64,000 nt of DNA from Lentisphaeria bacterium UBA4640 (GCA_002405835.1 DHMO01000053.1:50273-114272); one strand, 5' to 3'. Shown: positions 45,917-56,243, counted from the stretch's first letter. The notes: a model not told the origin generated them from the sequence alone. Numbers and translations are program-made.

Positions 45917-47218
45917 ATGCGGAACACTTTGTACATTTTCTTGGCGCTGGCATTTGTTATAAATATTTCAGCGCAAGAGCCTCTCTGGGATCTTGCTGAA
46001 GATAAAATTTTACCAAATCTGAAACACGGGAAAATAGAACAGATAAACGGGAAAGTGCTTGTCGGAAAAGACCGTTATTTTGCGATTCCTGCCTCAGCAT
46101 TTCCTGACCAAAAGAATTTTACACTCAAAATTGGCGTTCGCTTCAAAGATATATCAAATGGCGCAGAAACTCATCTTTTACGAAAAATGAAAAATGCGCA
46201 GGATAATACGGGGCTTGGGTTCTCTTTCATGCAACTAAAAAACGGCTGGAAGGCAACAAGGGCGATCGTCAATGGCATGCATATTGGAGAAGCCGGTTTT
46301 CAATTCCGTGAAGGTATGTCCTGCACCTTCACAGTGCATGTGAAAAATGGAATGCCCGCTTACTACAAAGATGACCGCCTTATAAACCGCTTTTTCATTA
46401 CAGTTATTCCAAATAATGAACCTATGTGGGTTTTCAGGAGACTTTACCCGGCTGAATCTCCAATGAATGAAATTGAAATTACTGAGCTGAAAGTTTATGG
46501 AGCAGACTACAAGTACATATCAAAAGATGATCCGTCTCTTCAATTAAAAGGCCTACTCTCCGGTTCAGGCTGGGACATTGAAGCTCCATATGTCACAGAC
46601 AAAAATCGCCCAAAACTTTTAATCTATGGTGATTCGATCGCATTCGGTTATAAAAAGCCCTTATTAAAAAAGCTCGGAGAAAAGATCTATACATTCCATT
46701 GGGGCCACTTTGCCTATGATGCTGCAAAATCCGGAAATGATACAACAATCTTCCAACTTTACCGAACTGCAGCGAGCAGTGCTCAATACGATGTAATTGT
46801 TTTTAATAACGGGTTACACTCCCTTCACTGGACTCCGGATAAAGTTTCCGATGAACAGATTTATGCAACCTATACTCAGATGTTGAAAGGTTTTCAAACC
46901 GGTGCGCCTCACGCAAAAATTTACTACATGCTTACCACTCCGCATACAGAACGCCAGACAGACAAAAGTATTCCTGTCCAAAAATTCGGAGACAAGAACT
47001 CTATGGTGATCCGTCTGAACCGAATTGCGGAAAAAGTAATGAAAGATAACAATATTGAAATTATTGACGCATACTCTCCCCTTGCGGCACACTTGCAATG
47101 GGCTGTTGGAGATCAGTATCACTGGAATTCAGAGGCACGGGAGATGCTTGCAGACATGGTCATGCAAAAGACATTTGAAGCACTGAAAAACACAAAAAAT
47201 AAAAACGCGGCGAAATAA
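45917..47218 (+). CDS. Secreted SGNH/GDSL-family hydrolase (carbohydrate esterase-like) with an N-terminal lectin-like domain; low-GC gene
   Basis: Signal peptide MRNTLYIFLALAFVINISAQE. SGNH block I LLIYGDSIAFGY, block III VFNNGLHS and block V GDQYHW (DxxH). RBS GAAAGGGA. The gene and its 5' region are AT-rich. Confidence 0.72.
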   Translation: MRNTLYIFLALAFVINISAQEPLWDLAEDKILPNLKHGKIEQINGKVLVGKDRYFAIPASAFPDQKNFTLKIGVRFKDISNGAETHLLRKMKNAQDNTGLGFSFMQLKNGWKATRAIVNGMHIGEAGFQFREGMSCTFTVHVKNGMPAYYKDDRLINRFFITVIPNNEPMWVFRRLYPAESPMNEIEITELKVYGADYKYISKDDPSLQLKGLLSGSGWDIEAPYVTDKNRPKLLIYGDSIAFGYKKPLLKKLGEKIYTFHWGHFAYDAAKSGNDTTIFQLYRTAASSAQYDVIVFNNGLHSLHWTPDKVSDEQIYATYTQMLKGFQTGAPHAKIYYMLTTPHTERQTDKSIPVQKFGDKNSMVIRLNRIAEKVMKDNNIEIIDAYSPLAAHLQWAVGDQYHWNSEAREMLADMVMQKTFEALKNTKNKNAAK

Positions 47219-47225
47219 CTCCTCA

Positions 47226-47621
47226 TTATCCGCGGCGTCCGGCGGGGACAAATTTTATCTGAGTGCAGAGTTCATCGCCGAAATGCACGGCGAGCTTTTC
47301 AAGCATGAGCTTTTTGACGCGCGGCGTATCCAGCGCCATGCGGTACGCAGGATGGGAAATTTCCACGTAAAGAATGTCGTCGCGCAGAAAACACGGCGAT
47401 GTGTTGCGGGCATTCACCTTGCCTACAATATCATTCCACACCGAACGGATTTTACCGAGCTGAATGACGGAACGCGGCAGAATTGAGCGGACCGCGTTGT
47501 CGAGCGCATCGGAAATAGGAACCGGTGCGGTTTGACGGGCGGCAATTTCGGAACGGCCACGCTCCACACCGTACCAGTCGCGGCGGAGCCAGTCGAGCGT
47601 ATCATCCCGGGATGGAAGCAC
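47226..47621 (-). CDS. DUF721 (DciA-like) protein
   Basis: IRSVWNDIVGKVNARNTSPCFLRDDILYVEISHPAYRMAL fits the DUF721 pattern (W..iVG...a..t.p..l.dg.L.v.v). Confidence 0.7.
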   Translation of the reverse strand: MLPSRDDTLDWLRRDWYGVERGRSEIAARQTAPVPISDALDNAVRSILPRSVIQLGKIRSVWNDIVGKVNARNTSPCFLRDDILYVEISHPAYRMALDTPRVKKLMLEKLAVHFGDELCTQIKFVPAGRRG

Positions 47622-47639
47622 AATGCACCTGTAAAGCCG

Positions 47640-48026
47640 CTAACGGTTCAGATTCACGCCGAACGCGGCAACCGGAATCATGAGGGTATGCCACACCAGC
47701 AGAAACGGGGCGCAAAACCCCTGCGCAGTATAGACGACTCCCTTTTTCAGCCCGCCGCGGAACGGCCAGCCGAACAGGACAAGCCCGATTCCGATCGGCA
47801 GTTTGAATATGTTCACCATATCCGGAAATATTTTCAGAGAGGCTTTTCCCATATTGGCAAGACCGCGGTAGACATACGGCGCGGCAATCTGGGCGGCTTT
47901 GATTGCAATCGGGGTCAGAATGGCAATTGTCACAGGGTCAATCGCCTGTGCCTCGGGGGTCGTATGCGTAAAGAATCCGGTCAGCAGACCGGCGAACAAA
48001 ATGATGAGACAGATTTTACGTGTCAT
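47640..48026 (-). CDS. Hypothetical small membrane protein
   Basis: Signal/TM MTRKICLIILFAGLLTGFF plus 2-3 further hydrophobic helices. Same strand as its neighbours. No family recognised. Confidence 0.5.
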   Translation of the reverse strand: MTRKICLIILFAGLLTGFFTHTTPEAQAIDPVTIAILTPIAIKAAQIAAPYVYRGLANMGKASLKIFPDMVNIFKLPIGIGLVLFGWPFRGGLKKGVVYTAQGFCAPFLLVWHTLMIPVAAFGVNLNR

Positions 48027-48112
48027 AATTTCCCGTTTCCCAACTGAAAAGTTTCAATACCGGAATATATACCCTAAATTGAAACGTGCAAATACTTTTT
48101 ACGAAAAAATGA

Positions 48113-48156
48113 TTAAAAAAAACGGGAATATCCCGAAAAAGACGGAATATTCCCGA
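48113..48156 (-). terminator. Rho-independent terminator downstream of gdhA (two adjacent hairpins)
   Basis: The minus strand reads CGGAATATTCCG then CGGGATATTCCCG, followed by T8 (plus-strand A run 48115-48122). It begins about 27 nt after the gdhA stop. Confidence 0.6.
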
Positions 48157-48182
48157 AAAGGATGCAGTTTTCAGCGTCCCGA

Positions 48183-49526
48183 TCAGATGCCCTGATCGAT
48201 CATTGCATTCGCAACCTTGCGGAAGCCGGCGATGTTCGCGCCGAGGACGTAGTTGTCCGGCTCGCCGAATTCTTCAGCGGCGGCACGTGCGGCATTGTGA
48301 ATGCTGACCATGATGCCGTGGAGTTTCTGGTCGACTTCTTCGCGAGTCCAGCTGAGACGCATTGCGTTCTGGCTCATTTCGAGTCCGCTGGTGGCAACGC
48401 CGCCGGCATTGGAAGCCTTGCCGGGGGAGAAGAGAAGTCCGGCGCCCTGGATGACCTGGGTTGCTTCGAGTGTGGTCGGCATGTTCGCGCCTTCCGCAAC
48501 GCAGATACAGCCGTTCTTGACCAGCGCTTTTGCGTCTTCAACATCAAGTTCGTTCTGGGTTGCGCAGGGCATTGCGACGTCGCAGGCGACGAGCTGCCAC
48601 GGGCGCTTGCCTTCGGCGTACTTGACGCTCTTGAACTCGTTGGCAACCTCTTTGATGCGTCCGCGGCGGACGTTCTTGAGTTCCATGATGTAAGCGAGTT
48701 TCTCGGCGTCGAGACCCTCTTCATCAATGATTGTGCCGTTGGAGTCGGAGAGAGACATGACCTTACCGCCGAGCTGGGTGACCTTCTGCGCGCAGTACTG
48801 AGCAACGTTTCCGGAACCGGAGATAAGGACGCGCTTGCCTTCGAAGGAGGTGTTGCGGGTCTTGAGCATTTCGGTTGCGAAGTAGGCGTTGCCGTAACCG
48901 GTGGCTTCCGGACGGACAAGGCTTCCGCCCCAGTTCAGGCCCTTGCCGGTGAGAACGCTGTCATAGCTGTTGACGATGCGCTTGTACTGACCGAAAAGGT
49001 AGCCGATTTCACGTCCGCCGACTCCGATGTCACCGGCGGGAACGTCGGTGCTGGGACCGATGTGACGATAGAGTTCACGCATGAAGGACTGGCAGAATGC
49101 CATGACTTCGCGGTCGGATTTGCCCTTCGGGTCGAAGTTGGATCCGCCTTTGCCGCCGCCCATCGGGAGGGTGGTGAGGGAGTTCTTGAAGATCTGCTCG
49201 AATCCGAGGAACTTCAGGATGCTGAGGTTCACGGACGGGTGGAAGCGGAGACCGCCCTTATAGGGTCCGATTGCGCTGTTGAACTGAACACGGTAGCCCT
49301 GATTGACCTGGATTTCGCCCTTGTCGTCAACCCAGGGAACCTGGAAGAGGATGGTGCGTTCCGGAACGACGATGCGTTCGAGAATTTTGTTCTTTTCATA
49401 ACGGGAATCTCTGTCGAGGAGTTTGCCGAGCGATTCGAAAACTTCGGTCACGCTCTGGATGAATTCCTTTTCCCACGGTGCGGTCTGCTTGATGTTCTCA
49501 AGCACTCTCTGTGCATAGCTGTTCAT
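48183..49526 (-). CDS. gdhA: NADP-specific glutamate dehydrogenase
   Basis: KGGLRFHPSVNLSILKFLGFEQIFKNSLTTLPMGGGKGGSNFDPKGKS and GSGNVAQY (Rossmann). The 447-aa length is typical of hexameric GDH. Confidence 0.95.
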   Translation of the reverse strand: MNSYAQRVLENIKQTAPWEKEFIQSVTEVFESLGKLLDRDSRYEKNKILERIVVPERTILFQVPWVDDKGEIQVNQGYRVQFNSAIGPYKGGLRFHPSVNLSILKFLGFEQIFKNSLTTLPMGGGKGGSNFDPKGKSDREVMAFCQSFMRELYRHIGPSTDVPAGDIGVGGREIGYLFGQYKRIVNSYDSVLTGKGLNWGGSLVRPEATGYGNAYFATEMLKTRNTSFEGKRVLISGSGNVAQYCAQKVTQLGGKVMSLSDSNGTIIDEEGLDAEKLAYIMELKNVRRGRIKEVANEFKSVKYAEGKRPWQLVACDVAMPCATQNELDVEDAKALVKNGCICVAEGANMPTTLEATQVIQGAGLLFSPGKASNAGGVATSGLEMSQNAMRLSWTREEVDQKLHGIMVSIHNAARAAAEEFGEPDNYVLGANIAGFRKVANAMIDQGI

Positions 49527-49545
49527 GTTTACCTCTCTTTGAAAG

Positions 49546-49582
49546 TTTGCAACTGTTTTGCAACTGTACAGTAATCTACAGT
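49546..49582 (-). promoter_or_regulatory. Tandem 11-mer plus 6-N8-6 palindrome in the gdhA leader (candidate regulator binding site)
   Basis: The plus strand has TTTGCAACTGT twice in perfect tandem (49546-49556, 49557-49567), overlapping ACTGTA-cagtaatc-TACAGT (49563-49582). The element ends about 20 nt upstream of the gdhA start codon. Confidence 0.35.
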
Positions 49583-49763
49583 ATTGTCAGAAAAAAATCA
49601 ATATCCATCCCGAAAAAACTTGAATTTTGAATCTTACATTTTTGTTATACAAAATTGTAACTTTTTAAACACACAAAACAGAGTCTGCCAAAAACATAGA
49701 AAATTCAGCAAAACAGAAATGTTGACAATTTGCGTTTCTGTAAAACAAAAAAAGAAAAAACGC

Positions 49764-50090
49764 TTATTTGCAGTTCGCGCACACGGCGGAACGGGCGGTT
49801 GATGCACCGATTCCGGCAATTTCTACAATTTTGTTCTTTGCCGTCATTCCGGAAACAACCGAAACTGCGGATTTCGGACAGCGGAAGAGCGAAGCGAAGA
49901 ATTCGCAGAGCGCGGCGTTTGCCTTGCCGTCGACGGGCGGCGCAGTCAGAGCGACTTTCAGAGCTCCATCGAAAAGCCCCATGATTTTTGAACGGGAAGA
50001 ACGCGGCTGCACCCGGCAGGTAATCCGGGTGTAGCCGTTGTAATCGGTGATAATCGAAGTCAATTCAGATTCGGAAAGCGGCATTTTCAC
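49764..50090 (-). CDS. DUF167 / YggU-family protein
   Basis: VQPRSSRSKIMG...ALKVALTAPPVDGKANAAL is the YggU signature. It overlaps the ftsH stop by 4 nt. Confidence 0.8.
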   Translation of the reverse strand: MKMPLSESELTSIITDYNGYTRITCRVQPRSSRSKIMGLFDGALKVALTAPPVDGKANAALCEFFASLFRCPKSAVSVVSGMTAKNKIVEIAGIGASTARSAVCANCK

Positions 50091-52072
50091 TCAGCTTTCG
50101 GCGTTTCTGCGGCGGACTCTTCCGGCTTGACTTCCTGAACGGTCGGCTCATCATGATGCGCCGGGGGGAGACCTAGCATGGTGCGGATTTCCGCCGCATC
50201 CATTGTCTCTTTCTCCAGCAGAGCATTTGCGAGTTTGTCGAGTTCATCTCGGTGGTCGGTCAGAATCTTTGTCGCGGTATTCTTTGCGTCCATGACAAGC
50301 CGCTTGACCTCCAGGTCGATCTCCCGGGCGGTCTCTTCGCTGAAGGATTCGCTGCGGGTGATGTCGCGTCCGAGGTAAATGTGATCGGCGCGCTCGCCGT
50401 ACTGAACCGTGCCGAGCTTGTCGCTCATGCCGAACGAGCAGACCATGGCACGCGCAACTTTTGTCGCGTGTTCGATATCCGCCGCGGCTCCGCTGGTTAC
50501 GTCTCCGATCACGAGTTCTTCGGCAACGCGCCCGCCCATTGCAAGTGCCATGGAGTCGAGCATTTCCAAACGGCTCTGCGAGTAACGGTCCTCATCCGGC
50601 ATCATCATGGTGACGCCAAGCGCGGGGCCGCGCGGGATGATGGTGACCTTGTGCAGAGTCATTGCATGTTCGCAGTGAAGGTTGACGATCGCATGACCGG
50701 CTTCATGCCACGCGGTGAGCTTGCGTTCGCGGTCGGAGATTTTGCGGCTGCGGCGTTCGGCTCCCCAGCAGACCTTGTCGCGGGCCTCTTCGAGGTCCGC
50801 CTGGGTTGCGGCCTTGCGGTCGTTGCGGGCGGCGAGAAGCGCCGCTTCGTTGATGAGATTCGCCAGGTCGGCTCCGCTGAATCCGGAAGTCGTCTTTGCA
50901 ATCACATCAAGGTCGACCGTGGGTTCCAGCTTGATGTTCTTTGCATGAACATTCAGAATCATGCGGCGACCGCGGATATCGGGCAGATCCATGACAATCT
51001 GACGGTCAAAGCGTCCGGGACGCAGCAGTGCGGGGTCGAGAACATCCGCGCGGTTGGTTGCCGCAAGGACAATCACGCCTTCCTGCGTTTCGAGACCGTC
51101 CATCTCAACGAGCATGGCGTTGAGGGTCTGTTCACGCTCGTCATGCCCGCCGCCGATTCCGGTGAAACGGGAACGGCCGACCGCGTCGATTTCGTCGATG
51201 AAGATCAGGCACGGTGCATGTTTGCGCGCCTGTTCGAACATGTCACGGACGCGGCTTGCGCCGACGCCGACGAACATTTCCACGAAGTCGGAACCGCTGA
51301 TTGCAAAGAACGGAACATTCGCCTCGCCGGCAACGGCTTTCGCCATCAGCGTTTTGCCGGTTCCCGGAGGTCCGAGAAGAAGCGCACCCTTCGGAATCTT
51401 TCCGCCGAGCATTTTGTATTTGAGCGGATCTTTGAGATAATCCACGATCTCTTTCATTTCAGCTTTTGCTTCATCGCAGCCGGCGACATCATCGAATTTC
51501 TTTTTGTTTTCGTCGGCGGTGATCATGCGGGCGCGGCTTTTGCCGAACTGCATGGCTCCGCGTCCCGACATTTTCATCTGACGGGAGAAGAGGAAATAGA
51601 TGAATCCGATGATGAGGAAGCCGACCAGAAGATTGACCAGCAGACTGGTCCACCAGCTGTCGCGCTGAAGGATCTCAACCTTCTTGACCTTGTTCAGACC
51701 GTCCATGATTGCGGGCGTCTTGATGACACGGGCGGAATAATAGAGTTTGGAGCCGTTTGCTGCGGAAACCGTAAGATCGGTGGTGTTCGGCGCAGCGGGT
51801 GCGGATTTGTATTCGCCGCGAATCTGCAGGACCTCTTCCGATTCGGGGGTGATAACCGCGGTGACGACATTTCCCGCTCCGAGATTCTGTTCAAACTGGG
51901 TCTGATTCCAGTCGACACGGTCTCCCGTTGACGGGTTGTATTTATATACGAAGAGAGTCACCATCAGAATGATGAGGAGCAGCCATACGAATACGGAGAC
52001 CGGAGGCCGGCGGGAAGGTTGACCGGGTCTGTTTGCGGGCGGCGGAGTGTTGTTTCCGGGATCGTTGCTCAT
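50087..52072 (-). CDS. ftsH: ATP-dependent zinc metalloprotease FtsH
   Basis: Walker A GPPGTGKT, Walker [10 protein letters not shown]-like ([11 protein letters not shown]), SRH region, and Zn motif HEAGHA. Confidence 0.95.
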   Translation of the reverse strand: MSNDPGNNTPPPANRPGQPSRRPPVSVFVWLLLIILMVTLFVYKYNPSTGDRVDWNQTQFEQNLGAGNVVTAVITPESEEVLQIRGEYKSAPAAPNTTDLTVSAANGSKLYYSARVIKTPAIMDGLNKVKKVEILQRDSWWTSLLVNLLVGFLIIGFIYFLFSRQMKMSGRGAMQFGKSRARMITADENKKKFDDVAGCDEAKAEMKEIVDYLKDPLKYKMLGGKIPKGALLLGPPGTGKTLMAKAVAGEANVPFFAISGSDFVEMFVGVGASRVRDMFEQARKHAPCLIFIDEIDAVGRSRFTGIGGGHDEREQTLNAMLVEMDGLETQEGVIVLAATNRADVLDPALLRPGRFDRQIVMDLPDIRGRRMILNVHAKNIKLEPTVDLDVIAKTTSGFSGADLANLINEAALLAARNDRKAATQADLEEARDKVCWGAERRSRKISDRERKLTAWHEAGHAIVNLHCEHAMTLHKVTIIPRGPALGVTMMMPDEDRYSQSRLEMLDSMALAMGGRVAEELVIGDVTSGAAADIEHATKVARAMVCSFGMSDKLGTVQYGERADHIYLGRDITRSESFSEETAREIDLEVKRLVMDAKNTATKILTDHRDELDKLANALLEKETMDAAEIRTMLGLPPAHHDEPTVQEVKPEESAAETPKAE

Positions 52073-52175
52073 TGCGTTTTCTTTTTCCTTGTAGTTAAGA
52101 GCTGGAATTCCATAATAGCGCAGCGCCGGGAGAATCCCGGCGCGCGGTTTTCTATTCGGGAGAACAGTGTGTGTT

Positions 52176-52691
52176 TTATTTCTTCAGCAGGATTACGACA
52201 AGAACAATGCCCGCGATAATCACCAGCGTCAGGACCGCAAGCATGGCGATGATGACGATGTTGCTGATGTTTTTCTTCTGCATTTTTCCCTGCGAGACCG
52301 CCTCCAGACGCTTCAGGGTGGAAGTGCCGACCGTTGAAGTGTTGTCGATCTTGATGTTGGTCATCGTTTTCAGTTCGCGCGTACTGCCTTTTTCCTGGCA
52401 GTCGTAGAGCATCTCCACGTTTCCGAGCTGGATCATATCGCCGCTTTTGAGCACGACGTCGCCCGTGACGGGAACGGAGCTGACTTTGGAACCGTTCGTG
52501 GAATTGTGGTCTCTCAGGATATAGGTCGGACCTTTTCGGATGAAATCGGCATGATAGGAACTGATGGAGGGATCCTTGATGCAGATGTCACGCGCGTCGG
52601 CGCGGCCGGCGGTATGAATATCTTTGGTCAGTTCGAAGACTTTTCCCCGGAACTGTTCCGAAAGAACGATCAGTTTTGGTGTTTCAGACAT
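52176..52691 (-). CDS. FHA-domain protein with a C-terminal transmembrane anchor
   Basis: FHA core (TAGRADARDICIKDPSISSYHADF...ILRDHNSTNGSKV). C-terminal hydrophobic segment IVIIAMLAVLTLVIIAGIVLVVILL. Confidence 0.75.
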   Translation of the reverse strand: MSETPKLIVLSEQFRGKVFELTKDIHTAGRADARDICIKDPSISSYHADFIRKGPTYILRDHNSTNGSKVSSVPVTGDVVLKSGDMIQLGNVEMLYDCQEKGSTRELKTMTNIKIDNTSTVGTSTLKRLEAVSQGKMQKKNISNIVIIAMLAVLTLVIIAGIVLVVILLKK

Positions 52692-52930
52692 GGCAACTCC
52701 TCATGGCTTGCAGAAATTTGATTTGCTGACACATCGGGGAACATAACGCGCATTTCCGCTCTTGTCAATAGCGAAAACGAAGAAATTTCAAAAAAAAACT
52801 GGATATTTTCTTCAATTTTTTCAGAAAAAGGACTGGAAAAATCGTAAGAGAGGATTATATTCATAAGTTCAGAAGTTTTTAAACGAACACAAGACGTGTC
52901 ACACAAATAAAAATATGAAAGGTGGATCAA

Positions 52931-54253
52931 ATGTCTGCTGAGTCTCTGAAGAACGCCGTACAGGTCGAGTACAAGGAAACCGCTCCCTGCACGCAGGAAG
53001 TTTCCGTTAAGGTTCCGGCTGCCGAAGTCGAAAAAATGTTCAACGAAATCGTGAAGGAAGTTTCCCGCGAAGTCCAGATTCAGGGTTTCCGCAAAGGCAA
53101 AGTGCCCGCGGCTCTCGTCAAGGCCCGTTTCGCGCAGAACATCGTTGAAGACACCGCAAAGCAGATCCAGAATGCCGCAATCGAAAAGATTCAGGGCGAA
53201 CGCGACCTCGTCGCTGTCACCGCTCTCGACGACGGCAAGAAGGCTCCCGAAGCCAAACAGGATTATGAATTCAAGGTGACGATCGAAGTTGCTCCGGTTC
53301 TCAACCTCCCCGATTACAAGAAGCTCACGATTGAAGTTCCCAAGAGCGAAGACAAAGCAAAACTCATCGACGAGCGCATTGCCAACCTCAAGGACATCTA
53401 TGCGGACGACGTCAAAGTCGACACCGAGTCCAAGGCGGAAGACATGCTCAAGGTTTCCTACGAGACCGACTTCACCCCGGCGGAAGACGCAACCCCGTCC
53501 CTCAAGCGCATGGCGAAGGCTGACGAAGCCTGGATCTGGCTGCATGAACCCGAATACGTCCCGGGCGCAAACGCCGCTCTGACCGGTGCGAAAGCCGGCG
53601 AAACCAAAGAGTTCACCGCTGTTTTCCCGGCCGACTGGCGCGAATCCGGACTTGCCGGCAAGACTGTCAAGTACACCGTCAAGATCAATGAAATCGAGCG
53701 CAAACAGCCGATCACCGACGACGCTGTTCTCGCTGAAAAGCTCCACATGGAGTCTTTTGACAAGCTGAAAGAGGAAATCACCAAGTCCGTTGATGCGAAG
53801 ATCGAAGCGGACCGCAAGAACGCCGCCAGTGAGAAAGCTCTCGACATTCTGATGGCGAGCGTTGGCGAAATCCCCCTTCCGCAGAGCATTCTCGACGGCG
53901 AAACCGAACGTGAATTCTCCAAGATTGCGAATCTACTCGTCCGCAGCGAAGAGGATGTTGAGAAGTTCAAAGCCGAAAAGGACAAACACCTTGAAGACGC
54001 CAAGAAGGCCGCGGAAAAGAGCCTGAAGCAGTTCTTCGTCATCCGCAAGATCGCGGAAGCCGAGAAAATCGAAGTCTCCAAGGATGAATTCGATGCTCAG
54101 ATCAAGCAGATGAGCGCCTACTTCGGCTACAAGGAAAAAGATCTGCTCAAAGCCATTCGCGGCAACGGCGCGATCGGCGAAATCCACGCGGACCTGCTCA
54201 CCGGCAAAGTCCTTGACAGCATCGTCAAGACCGCCGAACTCAAAGAAGTCTGA
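52931..54253 (+). CDS. tig: Trigger factor
   Basis: The N-terminal ribosome-binding signature GFRKGKVP, a central PPIase-like region and a C-terminal helical arm. The ATG at 52931 follows AAAGGTGGA. The track ORF starts at GTG 52922. Confidence 0.9.
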   Translation: MSAESLKNAVQVEYKETAPCTQEVSVKVPAAEVEKMFNEIVKEVSREVQIQGFRKGKVPAALVKARFAQNIVEDTAKQIQNAAIEKIQGERDLVAVTALDDGKKAPEAKQDYEFKVTIEVAPVLNLPDYKKLTIEVPKSEDKAKLIDERIANLKDIYADDVKVDTESKAEDMLKVSYETDFTPAEDATPSLKRMAKADEAWIWLHEPEYVPGANAALTGAKAGETKEFTAVFPADWRESGLAGKTVKYTVKINEIERKQPITDDAVLAEKLHMESFDKLKEEITKSVDAKIEADRKNAASEKALDILMASVGEIPLPQSILDGETEREFSKIANLLVRSEEDVEKFKAEKDKHLEDAKKAAEKSLKQFFVIRKIAEAEKIEVSKDEFDAQIKQMSAYFGYKEKDLLKAIRGNGAIGEIHADLLTGKVLDSIVKTAELKEV

Positions 54254-54289
54254 GTCCGTTTTTAACAACAAACTGAAAGAGAGGATTGC

Positions 54290-54889
54290 ATGATTAAGAA
54301 CTCAATGCTTGTTCCGATGGTCGTCGAACAGACCGGCCAGGGCGAACGCGGATACGATATTTACTCCCGTCTGCTGAAAGACCGGATCATTCTTCTCGGC
54401 ACCCCGATTGACGACACCGTGGCGAACCTCATTGTCGCGGAGCTGCTCTATCTTCAGTCCGAAGATCCGAAAAAAGATATTGACCTTTACATCAACAGTC
54501 CGGGCGGCGTCATCACCTCCGGTCTCGCAATCCTCGACTGCATGAAAGTCATTTCGTGCGACGTCAAGACCTACTGCGTCGGTCAGGCTGCGAGCATGGC
54601 CGCGGTTCTCCTCTGCGCGGGAACCAAAGGAAAACGCTTCGCCCTGCCCAACGCACGGGTCATGATTCACCAGCCGCGCGGCGGCTCCGAAGGCACCGCC
54701 GCCGACATCGATATCCAGGCGAAGGAAATCCTCGCCATGCGCACAAAACTCAACCAGATCATTGCCTCCTCCACCGGACAGACCATTCAGAAGGTTACGC
54801 GCGACACCGACCGCGACTACTTCATGTCCGCAGAGGAAGCTCTGAAGTACGGAATCGTTGACAGCATCATTCCGCACCGGGCTGTCTGA
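54290..54889 (+). CDS. clpP: ATP-dependent Clp protease proteolytic subunit
   Basis: [34 protein letters not shown] (Ser) and MIHQP (His). Confidence 0.95.
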   Translation: MIKNSMLVPMVVEQTGQGERGYDIYSRLLKDRIILLGTPIDDTVANLIVAELLYLQSEDPKKDIDLYINSPGGVITSGLAILDCMKVISCDVKTYCVGQAASMAAVLLCAGTKGKRFALPNARVMIHQPRGGSEGTAADIDIQAKEILAMRTKLNQIIASSTGQTIQKVTRDTDRDYFMSAEEALKYGIVDSIIPHRAV

Positions 54890-54899
54890 GAGGTGCGCA

Positions 54900-56189
54900 A
54901 TGGCTGATAAACACGGCGACATTCCCCGCTGTTCCTTCTGCGGACGTTACGCCGACGATCCGTCGATCGGGCAGATCATCTCCAGCCCCTCCGGGGCTTC
55001 GATCTGCTCCGATTGCATCAAGTCCTGCGAAGAGATTCTGAATCCCGCCCTCAAAGCGAAAAATTCCGCGAAGGGCGGCAAACAGACCGATCCGGTTGCG
55101 GGACTCAAGGTTCCCAAGCCGGTGGAAATCAAGGCGGAACTCGACAAGTTCATCATCGGTCAGGATCAGGCGAAAAAGATCCTCTCCGTCTCCGTCTACA
55201 ATCATTACAAGCGTCTTCAGACACACTCCTCCGCAGTCGCGCAGGACGATGTGGATGTGGAGAAGAGCAATGTCCTGCTGATCGGTCCGACCGGAAGCGG
55301 CAAAACGCTCTTTGCCCGCACGCTCGCCAAAATGCTGGATGTTCCGTTCTGCATTGCCGATGCAACCACGCTCACCGAAGCGGGATATGTCGGCGAAGAC
55401 GTTGAAAACATCATTCTGCGTCTGCTTCAGGCGGCGGATTTCGATGTTGCGCGCGCTCAGATCGGCATCATCTATGTCGATGAGATCGACAAGATCGCGA
55501 AAAAGAGCGAAAACGTCTCCATCACCCGCGACGTTTCCGGCGAAGGTGTGCAGCAGGCCCTCCTCAAAATTCTGGAAGGAACCGTTGCGAACGTTCCCCC
55601 GAAAGGTGGACGCAAACACCCGAATCAGGAATACATCCAGGTCGATACCACCAATATTCTGTTCATCTGCGGCGGCGCATTTGTCGGACTCGACAAAATC
55701 ATTCAGCGCCGCATCGGCAAACGGGTGCTCGGATTCAACCGCCAGCAGTCCGACGTGCAGCAGGCGATTGAACTCGACAGCTCCGTTGCGCTTTCGCATA
55801 CGGAACCAGAAGACCTGGTGCGCTACGGCATCATTCCGGAATTCATCGGACGTCTCCCCGTCGTTGCGGCGCTCCGTCCGCTGACAAAGGACGATCTCGT
55901 CAAGATTCTGATCGAACCGAAAAACGCAATCACCAAGCAGTATGAAAAACTGATGGCGATGGAAGGCGTCAAACTCGTGTTCGAAAAGGATGCGCTTGAC
56001 GCAATCGCGCAGAAGGCCAGCGATAAGGGTACCGGCGCCCGCGGACTCCGTTCCATCATCGAAAGCCTTATGCTCGATCTGATGTACGACATTCCGTCGC
56101 GCTCCGATGTGGAAACCTGCATCGTTACGCGCAAAACGGTTGAGACCGGTGTGCCGAAGCTGGTCAAACGCAAAAATTCGGCAAAATAA
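54900..56189 (+). CDS. clpX: ATP-dependent Clp protease ATP-binding subunit ClpX
   Basis: N-terminal zinc finger CSFCGR...CSDC, Walker [18 protein letters not shown] and GARGLRSI. The start is at ATG 54900. The track ORF starts earlier and overlaps clpP. Confidence 0.95.
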   Translation: MADKHGDIPRCSFCGRYADDPSIGQIISSPSGASICSDCIKSCEEILNPALKAKNSAKGGKQTDPVAGLKVPKPVEIKAELDKFIIGQDQAKKILSVSVYNHYKRLQTHSSAVAQDDVDVEKSNVLLIGPTGSGKTLFARTLAKMLDVPFCIADATTLTEAGYVGEDVENIILRLLQAADFDVARAQIGIIYVDEIDKIAKKSENVSITRDVSGEGVQQALLKILEGTVANVPPKGGRKHPNQEYIQVDTTNILFICGGAFVGLDKIIQRRIGKRVLGFNRQQSDVQQAIELDSSVALSHTEPEDLVRYGIIPEFIGRLPVVAALRPLTKDDLVKILIEPKNAITKQYEKLMAMEGVKLVFEKDALDAIAQKASDKGTGARGLRSIIESLMLDLMYDIPSRSDVETCIVTRKTVETGVPKLVKRKNSAK

Positions 56190-56197
56190 GCTCTGCC

Positions 56198-56224
56198 GCG
56201 GTTCCGGAATCTCGCCGGAACCGC
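56198..56224 (+). terminator. Stem-loop after clpX (weak terminator candidate)
   Basis: GCGGTTCCGG-aatctcg-CCGGAACCGC is a perfect 10-bp stem located 9 nt after the clpX stop. No clear T tract follows. Confidence 0.35.
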
Positions 56225-56243
56225 CTGTTCATCGGGGGAAAAT

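Noticed and set aside
49546-49567. Reading the tandem TTGCAA-N5-TTGCA (minus strand) in the gdhA leader as a sigma54 -24/-12 promoter.
   Set aside because: The near-invariant GG of the -24 element is TG here, and the implied leader would be only about 10 nt. I kept it as a generic regulatory repeat rather than calling a sigma54 promoter.
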